A stretch of DNA of 64,000 nt from Longimicrobiales bacterium (GTDB lineage: Bacteria > Gemmatimonadota > Gemmatimonadetes > Longimicrobiales > Gaopeijiaceae): NCBI GenBank assembly GCA_965238005.1, contig OZ250165.1, positions 3,488,001-3,552,000 on the forward strand, read 5' to 3'. The notes under the pieces were generated by a model. The model was not told the origin of the DNA, searched no databases, and was given only the letters and a program-made list of their open reading frames with translations. The position numbers and the translations under genes were made by a program. Each line of letters starts with the position of its first letter. The stretch's first letter is position 1. Positions 10,791 to 20,320 of the stretch are shown here, piece after piece.

Positions 10791-13157
10791 GTGAGGGTTC
10801 TAAACGTGATATGGACAGCGGTGGCCGTGAGCGTCTTGATGGCCACGCCTCTCGCCGGCCAGGGCTACGGACAGTCCGTAGCCGTTGGGGATGGTGAAGT
10901 GATCGTCGGGGAGTCGTTGAACAAGATGGCCCCCGGATACGTGTATGTGTACCGGAAGGACGTCGGTGGAGAATGGACCGAGGTCCAGCGCCTCGAGGCT
11001 TCCAACTCGGCCAACGGCGACCACTTCGGCCGCTCTCTCGCCCAGACCGGGAACCACCTCCTGGTGGGCTCGACGACCCTCGAGACGGTCTACGTCTTCG
11101 AGAACGACGCGAGCGGCGCCTGGCGGGAGACCCAGAAGTTGCAGGCAAGCGACGGCACCGACGGTGACTACATCGGACGGCTCGCCGCCGTGGGCGGTGA
11201 CAACGTCCTCATGGCCACCTGGGCCCATGCCGAAGGCCGAGGCGCGGTGTACGTCTTCCACCGCGACAACTCCACCGGTCGCTGGAGCGAATCCGCCAAG
11301 CTCATGGGGAGCGACATCGAGCCCAACGATTGGTTCGGGATGTCGCTGGCCATCGAAGGCGATGTGGCGCTGATCGGCTCACCCCGGAAGGACGGCAATA
11401 CCGGCGCCGTGTACGTCTTCCGCCTCGAAGAGACGGGCGCGTGGACGGAGCAGGCCAAGCTGACGGGGGCGGGCACCGCCCCAAACAGCCGCTTCGGCTC
11501 GTCGGTGGCCCTGAGGGCCGGTCGCGCGTTCATCGGCGCGGCCACCCATCAGCAGGGTGTGGGAACGGCCTTCGCGTACACCTTCGATGAGGACTCGGGT
11601 GAGTGGGAGCCGGGACCGACGCTGAAGCCGTTCGACGGCGGAACGCCGGGCACGCAGTTCGGGGCCTCCGTCTATTACGGCGAGGACGAGGTGTGGATCG
11701 GCGCCCCCGGAGCGTCCGGCTTCGAGGGTCGGATCTACGCCATGACCCAGGACGCCACCGGCGAGTGGACGAACGCCACGAAGATGTCAGCGGGCGAGCT
11801 CAACGGGGGCGATCAGTTCGGTGGCACGTTCGCCGTCAGCGGCGACGTTGCCGTGGTCGGCGTCGTCGGAGACGACTATGGCTTGGGCACGGCCACGATC
11901 TTCGAGCGGACCGATGACGGATGGTCCGAGGCCGCGAACGTTTTCAGCGAGCCCGTCGGCTTGGAGGCCGTCACGGGAGATCAGGTGGATTGCTCGGAAG
12001 GCACCGCAACCCTCTTCGACTGCAGCGACATCGACATGCTCTCCTTCGTCCCCGTCCAGGATTTGGGTGGGGGACGGGGCGTTCAGGTGAACGACCTCTG
12101 GGGCTGGACCGACCCGGAGTCGCGTCGGGAGTACGCCCTGGTCGGCCGCTACGACGGCACATCGTTCGTCGACGTGAGCGACCCCTCCAACCCCCGGTAC
12201 CTCGGGAATCTGCCTTTGACGGAAGGGGCCCAGGGCAACTCCTGGAGAGACATCAAGGTCTTCGACAATCACGCCTTCATCGTCGCCGACGGCGCCGGGC
12301 AGCACGGCATGCAGGTCTTCGACCTGACGAAGCTCAGGAACGTGAACGACCCGCCCGTGACGTTCGAGGAAGACGCCCATTACAGCCGCCTCGCGAGCGC
12401 CCACAACATCGTCATCAACGAGGACACCGGCTTCGCCTACGCGGTGGGAGTCAACTCGGGCGGCGAGACGTGTGGTGGTGGTCTCCACATGATCAACATC
12501 CAGGATCCGCTGACGCCTATCTTCGCGGGGTGCTTCCAGGATCTGTCGACGGGGAGACGGAGCACCGGGTACAGCCACGATGCGCAGTGCATCACCTACC
12601 AAGGGCCCGATGAGGAGCATCGGGGACAGGAGATCTGCCTCGGGGCCAACGAGACGGCGCTGAGCATCGCCGACGTGACGGACAAGGCAGCCCCGGTTGC
12701 ACTGTCCAAGGCCACCTACCCCAACGTCGGGTACACGCATCAGGGCTGGATCGATGAGGAGCACGAGTACTTCTACATGAACGACGAGCTCGACGAGATC
12801 GGCGGTGGCGTCGAGCAGACCAGAACTCTCGTGTGGGACATCAAGGATTTGGACGACCCGATCCTGGTCAAGGAATACTTCGCCGACAACACCTCGTCGG
12901 ACCACAACCTCTACATCCGCGGTGACCTCATGTATCAGTCCAACTACGTGAGCGGACTGCGGATCTTGGATATCTCGGATCGCGAGAACCCCGAGCTCGT
13001 GGGATTCTTCGACACGGTCCCGTGGTCGCCCGACGCCCCCGGATTCGACGGATCGTGGAGCAACTATCCGTACTTCGGGAGCGGTATCATCGTGGTGAAC
13101 AGTGGGACCGAGGGGATGTTCATCCTGCGCAAGCGGGAGCGGAACCTGATCCCATGA
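10791..13157 (+). CDS. Choice-of-anchor B family secreted protein with N-terminal FG-GAP-like repeats
   Basis: Signal peptide; repeated D.FG.S.A / GAVYVF units; NDLWGWTDP, WRDIKV, SAHNI, YTHQGW, NDELDE, DHNLY, WSNYPYF. Confidence 0.88.
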   Translation: MRVLNVIWTAVAVSVLMATPLAGQGYGQSVAVGDGEVIVGESLNKMAPGYVYVYRKDVGGEWTEVQRLEASNSANGDHFGRSLAQTGNHLLVGSTTLETVYVFENDASGAWRETQKLQASDGTDGDYIGRLAAVGGDNVLMATWAHAEGRGAVYVFHRDNSTGRWSESAKLMGSDIEPNDWFGMSLAIEGDVALIGSPRKDGNTGAVYVFRLEETGAWTEQAKLTGAGTAPNSRFGSSVALRAGRAFIGAATHQQGVGTAFAYTFDEDSGEWEPGPTLKPFDGGTPGTQFGASVYYGEDEVWIGAPGASGFEGRIYAMTQDATGEWTNATKMSAGELNGGDQFGGTFAVSGDVAVVGVVGDDYGLGTATIFERTDDGWSEAANVFSEPVGLEAVTGDQVDCSEGTATLFDCSDIDMLSFVPVQDLGGGRGVQVNDLWGWTDPESRREYALVGRYDGTSFVDVSDPSNPRYLGNLPLTEGAQGNSWRDIKVFDNHAFIVADGAGQHGMQVFDLTKLRNVNDPPVTFEEDAHYSRLASAHNIVINEDTGFAYAVGVNSGGETCGGGLHMINIQDPLTPIFAGCFQDLSTGRRSTGYSHDAQCITYQGPDEEHRGQEICLGANETALSIADVTDKAAPVALSKATYPNVGYTHQGWIDEEHEYFYMNDELDEIGGGVEQTRTLVWDIKDLDDPILVKEYFADNTSSDHNLYIRGDLMYQSNYVSGLRILDISDRENPELVGFFDTVPWSPDAPGFDGSWSNYPYFGSGIIVVNSGTEGMFILRKRERNLIP

Positions 13158-13222
13158 ACTACTCCATGTGAACGACTAAGCCGCGCTGCATGGATGCCTG
13201 TCCCTGCGAGGCTCTCCTCGGC

Positions 13223-13750
13223 TCACTTCGCATTGGCGAGAGCCTCGATGATCTCGTCGACGACGCCGTCCGCTTTTTCACGCATCTCGTCATCCGTGGC
13301 ATCTTGAATCGGGTGTGGAACTTGGATGTGTTTGGCTTCCGGCAAGCCGAGGGCCTCGGCCTGTACCGTGGCCGCGCCCGTGAACTCTGCCGAGGTCACG
13401 GCCACAGCCGGAACACCCTGAATCTCGAACCATACCGTGTCGTGCAAACTGCACGTTGTGCATGAGCCTCAGTCGGCGAGGGCTTCGATTACGAAGCCGC
13501 AGTCCTCTGCGATCCGGCGTCTCAGGTCTTCAGGCGCGGGCCGCGCGAACGTCCGTTTTCGGTAGCGCTTGAACTCCACTCCGGGTAACCGCTCGCGCAG
13601 GACTGCCTCCAACCGGTCGATGAACACGTCCCCCCGGGGCTTCGAGATGTCCAAAAGCGCCACGCGACCGCTGATGACGTCCGGGCGATGAGTCAGCTCG
13701 CGCCGGATCGGGGTTTGCTCGCTCGTGGGATCCAAAATCTGCGTCGTCAT
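13223..13750 (-). CDS. UGSC-motif selenoprotein, 175 aa (Sec UGA at 13471-13469)
   Basis: The two split ORFs are in one frame: ...VIEALAD-TGA-GSCTTCSLHDTVWFE... A SECIS hairpin follows the UGA. ATG at 13750 lies just after the upstream gene's stop. Confidence 0.9.
13440..13471 (-). promoter_or_regulatory. SECIS element of the UGSC selenoprotein gene
   Basis: UGA, then 13 nt, then perfect stem CGUGCA-GUU-UGCACG, in the same register as the fdnG SECIS. Confidence 0.85.
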
Positions 13751-13752
13751 TG

Positions 13753-15267
13753 TCAATCCCCGATCTTGCGACTCGTGGGCGTGGAGCCGAGTTCTCGCAC
13801 CCATCCCTCGAACACCACCGTGAACTTCCCCGCTTCGCCTCCGGCCACGACTACGTGGACGTACTCGGGCCCGGGGAACTTGGGCGTCGCGAGGTCCGGA
13901 TGTCCCAGCCCGGAGGAGGTGGCCGACTGTATCGCCTCGCGCAGGTCGTCCTTCGTCCATCCGTCGCGGTGGAGCGTGTCCACATGCTCCGGGCTCACCA
14001 CCACCAGCACGTCACCCCGCGCCTTGGCGCGGGGATCTTGGATCCCCTGCACGACCAGCGCGATGCTGGTTGCGAGGGACTCCGCCGTGCGGGACTTATG
14101 GTCGACCACCAGAGACGGCCCCCCGCTAAGCGCGTAGACGGTGACCACCGAATCATCGGGTAGGAACCCGCGCTCCACATGCAGGGGCGCCCACGGGCTC
14201 CGCTCCTCCCATTCGGCGAACGCGAGCGTGAACTTGGACGGCGACCCGAACGTCGAGCGTTCCGTGCCGCCGGGCTTGGCGCCACCGACGTTGCGCAGCA
14301 CGAGCCGAAGGGCCCGACCGATCGTCGCGTTGGCGCGTGTACCTTGCCCGAGACATCCGAGTCCCATGTTGATGCCCAAGCGGTGGCGGATCGGCCCGTT
14401 GACCACCACCACGGGCGTAGCACCCATGGTCGTCGCCATGACGCCGTGAATGTTGAACTCGTCCGTACACACCGCTTCGATCGAAGCGATCACCACAGGC
14501 ATGTACTCGGGTCGACAGCCGGCCATGACGGCGTTTATGGCGATCTTTTCGACCGTCAGAGGCGCCATGTTCGGGGGCACCGTGGCTACCACGTCCTGCG
14601 GGTGGCGCTGCGTCCCGGACAGCATGCGCAGGACCCGCTCCGGCGTCGGAGGAACCACCGGAAGTCCATCCGTCAGATCCTGATCGAACAGAAACTCCAT
14701 GACGTCGTCACCGTCCGCGATGTCGACTCGCCGGGCCTGGAGCGGACTTTCCGCCGCATCCGCGCTGAGACGCTCGTAAACACCCGGCTCCATCGAGCGC
14801 GACCCGCATCCCGGCCGGGATGCGGGATACGTGCCCCAGTCGAGCGTGAGTGGATCGCGATCACTCAGGGACGCGAGCCGGTCAACCAGACCCCGCCAGT
14901 CGTCCCGAACGAATCCCCACCACCGGCCGAGCTCGTCGCCACGACCATCGGCCAGGATCATCGTCGGTACGGTCTCGATTCCGTACCTCCAGGACACGCT
15001 CAGCGAAGAGTCGTCCACCACGGGCATCGAGGTCCCGTAGTCCTCGAGGAGCGAACGGCTTCCCTTCGGGTCCTGGCCCACGGCCCAGACGTCGATGGAG
15101 TCCCCGAAGGATTCGTGAATCCGCAAGAGTAACGGCATCGAGAGCTCACAGGTGGGACAATCACGTTTGACGAAGCACAAGATCGTGGGTCGCCCGGTAG
15201 GGAATGAACGCTCCGACCCCGAACCGTCGGAAAGCCGGAATTCAGGAAGATTCGTCCCTGTAGCCAT
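13753..15267 (-). CDS. Redoxin (TlpA/AhpC-like, CPTC) domain fused to a DGLPVVPPT-type domain; UGSC partner protein
   Basis: N-terminal thioredoxin fold FVKRDCPTC...VPT; PGCGS linker; DGLPVVPPTPERV, TVEKIAINAVMAGC, RANATIGRALRL. The start codon is uncertain. Confidence 0.8.
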   Translation of the reverse strand: MATGTNLPEFRLSDGSGSERSFPTGRPTILCFVKRDCPTCELSMPLLLRIHESFGDSIDVWAVGQDPKGSRSLLEDYGTSMPVVDDSSLSVSWRYGIETVPTMILADGRGDELGRWWGFVRDDWRGLVDRLASLSDRDPLTLDWGTYPASRPGCGSRSMEPGVYERLSADAAESPLQARRVDIADGDDVMEFLFDQDLTDGLPVVPPTPERVLRMLSGTQRHPQDVVATVPPNMAPLTVEKIAINAVMAGCRPEYMPVVIASIEAVCTDEFNIHGVMATTMGATPVVVVNGPIRHRLGINMGLGCLGQGTRANATIGRALRLVLRNVGGAKPGGTERSTFGSPSKFTLAFAEWEERSPWAPLHVERGFLPDDSVVTVYALSGGPSLVVDHKSRTAESLATSIALVVQGIQDPRAKARGDVLVVVSPEHVDTLHRDGWTKDDLREAIQSATSSGLGHPDLATPKFPGPEYVHVVVAGGEAGKFTVVFEGWVRELGSTPTSRKIGD

Positions 15268-15385
15268 GAAGTCATCTACCCTCGTTCCCAAAGTCATGTC
15301 AACCGCCGTGCTCCGCGAAAACCTCATCCGCCTTGCCGGGGTTGACGTTTCGGCCTCCGCCACCGGACCGTGGGATCATGATCTC

Positions 15386-15560
15386 ATGGCTCCTTCTGGT
15401 CTTCCGTGCCTCACTGGCACGGCTCGTTCTCGCACCTCCTTGGCGGCTGAGAACGCCGTTCTCCGTCACCAACCAGCAGCGCACATCGAGCGGTTCATGG
15501 GAAGCCTCCTGAGGGAGTGCCTGAACCACTTCATCTTCCTGTCGGAGGACCACCTTCGCC
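15386..15560 (+). pseudogene. Collapsed integrase-core (rve) transposase remnant
   Basis: RSRTSLAAENAVLRHQ (N-terminus) joined directly to AHIERFMGSLLRECLNHFIFLSEDHLR (C-terminal end of the DDE core). Confidence 0.72.
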
Positions 15561-15816
15561 CGGGAGTTCGAGCGGATGGCTCAAGGTTGAGGCTCCGGCT
15601 TGACGGGCGAGTGCTCAGGCTGGCCGAGCGCGCGGCGGCAGCGAGACAGTAGGCGGGGTCCTACCGGCGTTGGCGAGGAACCCGTAATGACGGATGCGCA
15701 CGAAGCAAGAGGAGGTTCTTGGGGTGTCTCGGCTCGCTCAAGCAGGGTGCCGGACTCGAAAAGGGCTTTTGACCATCCTTCGCTCAGGAGGACGAGGCTC
15801 GGTAGAGTGGAAAGTG

Positions 15817-17112
15817 TCACGCACGATCTGCTTGGGTGGGCATCAGCCTGGCATCGCGCCTGCCTACCTGATGCGGGTCACGAGGATCCTTCTCCAACGA
15901 GGTGCGAAGAGCTGCTACCGCCGCAGACGCTGCGGCCGCGAGCACCAGGGGCTCGGAGGCCGTCACCCGGTCGAGAGCGGCGCTCAGATCGGCCACGAGG
16001 TCCTCCGCGGCCTCGATCCCCACGGAAAGTCGCACCAGGCTGTCCCCGACGCCGGCGACGGCCCTCGCCTCCTCGTCCATGGCGGCATGGGTCATGGTCG
16101 CCGGATGACAGACCAGGCTCTCGACGCCACCCAGCGACTCCGCCAGGGTGAACAGCTCCAGGCCGTCCAGGAAGGCCTTCACCTGCTCCCTTCCGCCCTC
16201 CAGCTCGAAGCTGACCATCCCGCCGAAGCCGGATTGCTGGGATGCCGCGATGCCGTGCCCCGGGTGGTCCTCGAGGCTGGGGTGATAGACGCGGCTCACG
16301 GCCGGATGCTCCTTCAAGGCACCCACGATGGCACGGCCGTTGGTCTCATGCAGCCGCATACGGGCGTGCAGGGTCCTGATTCCCCTCATGGTGAGAAACG
16401 AGTCGAAGGGCGAACCGGTCACGCCCAGGGCGTTGGCCCACCACGCCACCTCCTCGGCCAGGTCCGCCGTCCGGGCGATCACGGCGCCACCGACGACGTC
16501 CGAGTGCCCGTTCAGGTACTTGGTCGTCGAGTGGACGACCAGGTCGGCCCCCAGCTCGATGGGCCGCTGCAGCACCGGCGAGAGGAAGGTATTGTCGACC
16601 ACCACCAGGGCGTCCACGGTGCGGGCCCGCCGAACGATGTCCGCGATGTCGACCACTCGAAGCAAAGGATTGCTCGGCGTCTCCACCCAGATCATGCTCG
16701 GCTCGTCCGCGAAGGCCTCGTCCAGCCGGCTCGGGTCGGTCTGATCGATAAGCTCCAGCCGGAACTGGCCCTTCCGCGCCAAGCTCGTCAGGAGCCGGTG
16801 GGTCCCTCCGTAACAGTCGTGGGGCGCCAGGATGAGGTCGTCCGGTCCCAACAGCTGCAGGACCGTCGTCACCGCCGCCATGCCCGAGGCGGTCACCACG
16901 GCGCCGTGACCGCCCTCGAGATCGGCCAGCGCCTCTCCCAGGATGTCCCGCGTGGGATTCCCCGAGCGGGTGTAGTCGTACCGGCGCTGTTCTCCCAGTC
17001 CCACGAAGGAGAAGGTGGACGAGAGATGGATGGGCGGGATCACGGCTCCGTGTTCCCGGTCCACGGCCACTCCCGCACAAGCGGCACGGGTCTCGCTGCG
17101 GCGCTCAGGCAT
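15817..17112 (-). CDS. metB: Cystathionine gamma-synthase
   Basis: YDYTRSGNPTR, WVETPSNP, VVDNTF, HSTTKYLNGHSD (PLP lysine), AESLGGVESL. Confidence 0.92.
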   Translation of the reverse strand: MPERRSETRAACAGVAVDREHGAVIPPIHLSSTFSFVGLGEQRRYDYTRSGNPTRDILGEALADLEGGHGAVVTASGMAAVTTVLQLLGPDDLILAPHDCYGGTHRLLTSLARKGQFRLELIDQTDPSRLDEAFADEPSMIWVETPSNPLLRVVDIADIVRRARTVDALVVVDNTFLSPVLQRPIELGADLVVHSTTKYLNGHSDVVGGAVIARTADLAEEVAWWANALGVTGSPFDSFLTMRGIRTLHARMRLHETNGRAIVGALKEHPAVSRVYHPSLEDHPGHGIAASQQSGFGGMVSFELEGGREQVKAFLDGLELFTLAESLGGVESLVCHPATMTHAAMDEEARAVAGVGDSLVRLSVGIEAAEDLVADLSAALDRVTASEPLVLAAAASAAVAALRTSLEKDPRDPHQVGRRDARLMPTQADRA

Positions 17113-18085
17113 GATGAGCCTCCACGTCGAGGACGTTACGGACCAGACGGCTCACCACCTGGTGCTCCTTGAGGAATGCGTCGTGACCGAAGTGGGATGC
17201 GATCCTGATGGCCCGGCCCGAGCTCGGCAGTCTTCGCGCCAGCTCGGCCACCAGCCAGGGCGGTACGAGCGTGTCGGAGTCCACCGAAACGACGGTCGTG
17301 GCAACGGTGATGTCCTCAGGCTCCACCCGATGAAGGTCGAGTGACTGGGACAGGATCCCGAAGGCGTTCGCGTCGAAGCGACGGCTGAATCTCTCGCCCT
17401 GGACGTCGAGGTACTCCTCCACGGCGAATCGCGGGAGGCCATCCTCCCAGCTGGGTGAGGACACGAAGCGCTGCTCGAACTCCTCCGGAGTCCGATAGGT
17501 CGTCATGGCCAGGGCCCTGGCCAGAGCCAGTCCCTCCGTCTCCCGGCCCGCCTCCGCGGAGAGAGCGACGATACGGCGCTGGAGCACCCGGAGGCCCACG
17601 GCCATGGGATGCGAGCGGTGGGCCGCACAGAGCATCAGAAGTCGTTCGACCCGCTCCGGGTAGAGCACACCCAGGGCCAACCCCACCATTCCTCCGTACG
17701 ACGCGCCCACGAAGCCGTGGAGCTTCTCGATCTCCAGGTGGTCGAGCACGGCGGCCACGGCCCGGGCCTGATCCTCCGTGGTCACGACGGGGACGCCGGA
17801 CTCGATGGGAGAGGGGCCGCCGGAGTCCCCCGCACCGCCGAGCCAATCGATGCCCACGATGCGGTACCGCTCCGGATCCAGAGCGACGCCCGCACCTACC
17901 ACGCCCGGCCACCAGCCCTCGGTCCCGTCCGGCTTGCCGCAGACGAAACGATGGGCCGAGATGCCACCGAGCACGAAGACGGCAGCAGCCTCTTCCGGGC
18001 CGTACGAGGCGTAGGCCACCATGTCTCCCGCAGCGGAGCCGTGGAGGGCCACCGTCCCGAACGGCGGCGCCGCCACGACCCTCAT
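17105..18085 (-). CDS. metX: Homoserine O-acyl (succinyl/acetyl) transferase
   Basis: VLGGISA, GWW, GASYGGM nucleophile elbow, FGHDAFL; lies between hom and metB. Confidence 0.9.
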   Translation of the reverse strand: MRVVAAPPFGTVALHGSAAGDMVAYASYGPEEAAAVFVLGGISAHRFVCGKPDGTEGWWPGVVGAGVALDPERYRIVGIDWLGGAGDSGGPSPIESGVPVVTTEDQARAVAAVLDHLEIEKLHGFVGASYGGMVGLALGVLYPERVERLLMLCAAHRSHPMAVGLRVLQRRIVALSAEAGRETEGLALARALAMTTYRTPEEFEQRFVSSPSWEDGLPRFAVEEYLDVQGERFSRRFDANAFGILSQSLDLHRVEPEDITVATTVVSVDSDTLVPPWLVAELARRLPSSGRAIRIASHFGHDAFLKEHQVVSRLVRNVLDVEAHHA

Positions 18086-19134
18086 GACGGCCTCCCCGAG
18101 CCCACGGGGAAGCGCGCCTGGAGATCGACCAGGACGGCCTCGGCCGTCGGTCTCGCTCCGAGTCCCTTGCCCTGGTGCGTACAGACCTCGCCGTTGGCCA
18201 GGTGATAAGTGTACGCGACCTCGTCACAACGGACGTCCAGCGTGCTGCCCTTGCGCACCGCCCTGTAGCTCAGCGTGCTGGGCCCACCCCTGCGCGCTCG
18301 TCCCACCAGGCGCGTGGTGAGTTCTTCCCCTGCCCGCTGTCTGACGACCTGGGGATCCACGTCACGGAGATCCTGGGCCGCCACGAGCTCTGCGGGACAA
18401 CCGGTCAAGGCCGCCTGCACCACCGACAGCTTCACGGCAGCGTCTACACCTTTCAGGTCGAGCTCCGGATCCGCCTCCAGGAATCCACGCTCGTCGGCCG
18501 CGGCCAACCCGTCCTCGAAGGAGCCTCCCTCTTCCATGACCTCGATGATGGCCGTGGTAGAGGCACTGCCGGCGAAGGCGGCCTCGATCCAGTCGTCCCT
18601 GAGCTCGTCCACCGACTCGAGGAGCTGTCGGCCGGTGCCACCGAGAACCGCGTTGATTCCGACCCGTCCGTCCAGAGCCGGATCGCTCCAGCGGTCGATG
18701 TGCGAGGCCGCAGCGTCCTTGGCTGCCAGGATGAGGCCCTTGCCGCGGCGGACCACCGCCTCGTCGAGGATCTCACCCCACTCGTGGCGGCCGAAGTCGG
18801 TCGCCGTGATGTCCACGACCACATCGGCATCGACCTCGAGGAGTGCGGCGTCCAGAGGCAGAGGTCGGCCTCCGCAGGCCGAAGCGAGGGTCTCGCCGGT
18901 CTCCTTAGCCGCGATCACCGCCTCGCGGTCCAGCCCGTCGGCTCGGCTGACCGTCCCACTGCTGTCGGTCACACCTGCGAGCGTGTGGCCCGTGTGGCCG
19001 AGGAGGCCCAAGAAGGCGCACCCTACGCGACCTGGTCCGAGCAGGTGAACGGTGGGCGAAGGTCCGGTGGTCCGGTAGGCGTCGAGGGTCGCTGTCGACA
19101 AGCGACGGCCCGAGACGCCGATCTGCTGGCTCAT
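18082..19134 (-). CDS. hom: Stand-alone homoserine dehydrogenase (divergent)
   Basis: LLGPGRVG Rossmann motif; GFLEADPELDLKGVDAAVKL; GKGLGARPTAEAVLVD; AGGAG RBS. Confidence 0.8.
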   Translation of the reverse strand: MSQQIGVSGRRLSTATLDAYRTTGPSPTVHLLGPGRVGCAFLGLLGHTGHTLAGVTDSSGTVSRADGLDREAVIAAKETGETLASACGGRPLPLDAALLEVDADVVVDITATDFGRHEWGEILDEAVVRRGKGLILAAKDAAASHIDRWSDPALDGRVGINAVLGGTGRQLLESVDELRDDWIEAAFAGSASTTAIIEVMEEGGSFEDGLAAADERGFLEADPELDLKGVDAAVKLSVVQAALTGCPAELVAAQDLRDVDPQVVRQRAGEELTTRLVGRARRGGPSTLSYRAVRKGSTLDVRCDEVAYTYHLANGEVCTHQGKGLGARPTAEAVLVDLQARFPVGSGRPS

Positions 19135-19235
19135 GCTTCTCACTCCTGTTCCATGACCGTGGGGAACGAGGAGCGCTGGCGGATGATCCGATCGCACCGG
19201 AAGCCACGACCAGGGAAGGTCGGGGACTCGGACGC

Positions 19236-19358
19236 GAGTTCATCTTTCGGTGAACCTTGGTTCCCGCAGGACTTGGCACCGTTCCGAGGGCTGCGTAATC
19301 CCCCGAAGGTTGCCCCGGCGTCGTAGGGCCTGCCCCTCAGCCGGTCTCGATGATGACC
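19236..19358 (-). ncRNA. SAM-I (S-box) riboswitch
   Basis: Minus strand reads UCAUC-GAGA-CCGGC-UGAGGGGCAGGCCCU-ACGA-CGCCGG-GGCAACC...ACGGUGCCAAGUCCUGC...GAAA-GAUGA; about 100 nt upstream of the met operon. Confidence 0.92.
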
Positions 19359-19439
19359 CGGAGGATATACGACGTGCTGGGATACGTCAACGGGGATGAA
19401 TTTTCTTCCAGCCGTTCAGTCAATGGTGTCGTATTATTC

Positions 19440-19580
19440 GGCGCCGCCACCTTCGGTGATGACGACATGGTCTCTACGGTGGATGACATGTTGGCATTCG
19501 ATCAGGCGCTACGCTCCGGTCAACTCCTGACTTCCGAGACCCTGGAGCGTGCGCTCACCCCCGTGATTCTCAAGAGTGGT
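19440..19580 (+). pseudogene. Serine hydrolase/beta-lactamase family fragment
   Basis: STVDDMLAFDQALRSGQLLTSETLERALTPV resembles the class C beta-lactamase-like C-terminal region; no SxxK motif. Confidence 0.5.
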
Positions 19581-19704
19581 AGAGCTCGAGAACGCCTGGA
19601 CGAGCGAGCACGCGACCCTGGTGATAGCTCTCGGACAAATGCCACCGGCCGTAGCAACCTTTACGGCGCCGCCCCTCTTCACGATCGCGCCCACGAAGTT
19701 CACG

Positions 19705-20103
19705 GGCCGGGATGTGGACCGAGGCATCGATGCTGAACCCGCCGGAGGCTTGCCAAGTGAGCATGTCGTCGGTGACGTGGCGTTCGAGCAGACCGTGGCG
19801 GTGGAAGTAACGGAGCACGCGCGAGGTGGTGCTGGACCAGCGGGTAGAGCGGCGTCTGAGTGGGACGGCGCCGGCGGTAGACGGGCCCACAGTTTGGTGC
19901 GGTGGGCCGAAGGGGCGGCCCTGATCGAGAGCGGACCCGAGTGCGCCGCGACGTGGGGTGCATCCCGGACGGTGAGTACAGTCCGGTGGCGGCAACATGG
20001 CGCGGCAGGCCTAGCTATCGTACGTATACTCACGACATAAAGATACGTATACATCCGAAGAGCACCTTGGCGAGCATCCTATCGAGCGATCGGCTGCGGA
20101 CAG
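19705..20103 (-). mobile_element. Internally deleted ISCR/IS91-family rolling-circle transposase with its upstream end region
   Basis: GPVYRRRRPTQTPLYPLVQHHL (N-terminus) joined out of frame to RVLRYFHRHGLL..MLTWQASGGFSIDASVHI. Confidence 0.75.
19948..20103 (-). repeat. ~155-bp dispersed repeat, copy A
   Basis: Aligns by eye, inverted, to 56778-56932; identical 32-bp core TCGTGAGTATACGTACGATAGCTAGGCCTGCC. Confidence 0.9.
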
Positions 20104-20320
20104 CCTCACCATCGTGGCGGAGGAGGACACCGCCCCCATCTGTGCCCCGCCGGAGACCGCCAGATCGCCGCTCGGAACGACGGCCGCGCCTTTACCAGGC
20201 GAAGTGGGTGGTGAGCAGCATGATCGACATGCCGGACTGATCGCGGGACGAGGCCGCGCGACGTCTGCTGCGCTCTCGGTGGGGCGGTGGCCCCGTCCCG
20301 ACCCCCCGTCTGCCCGTGCC

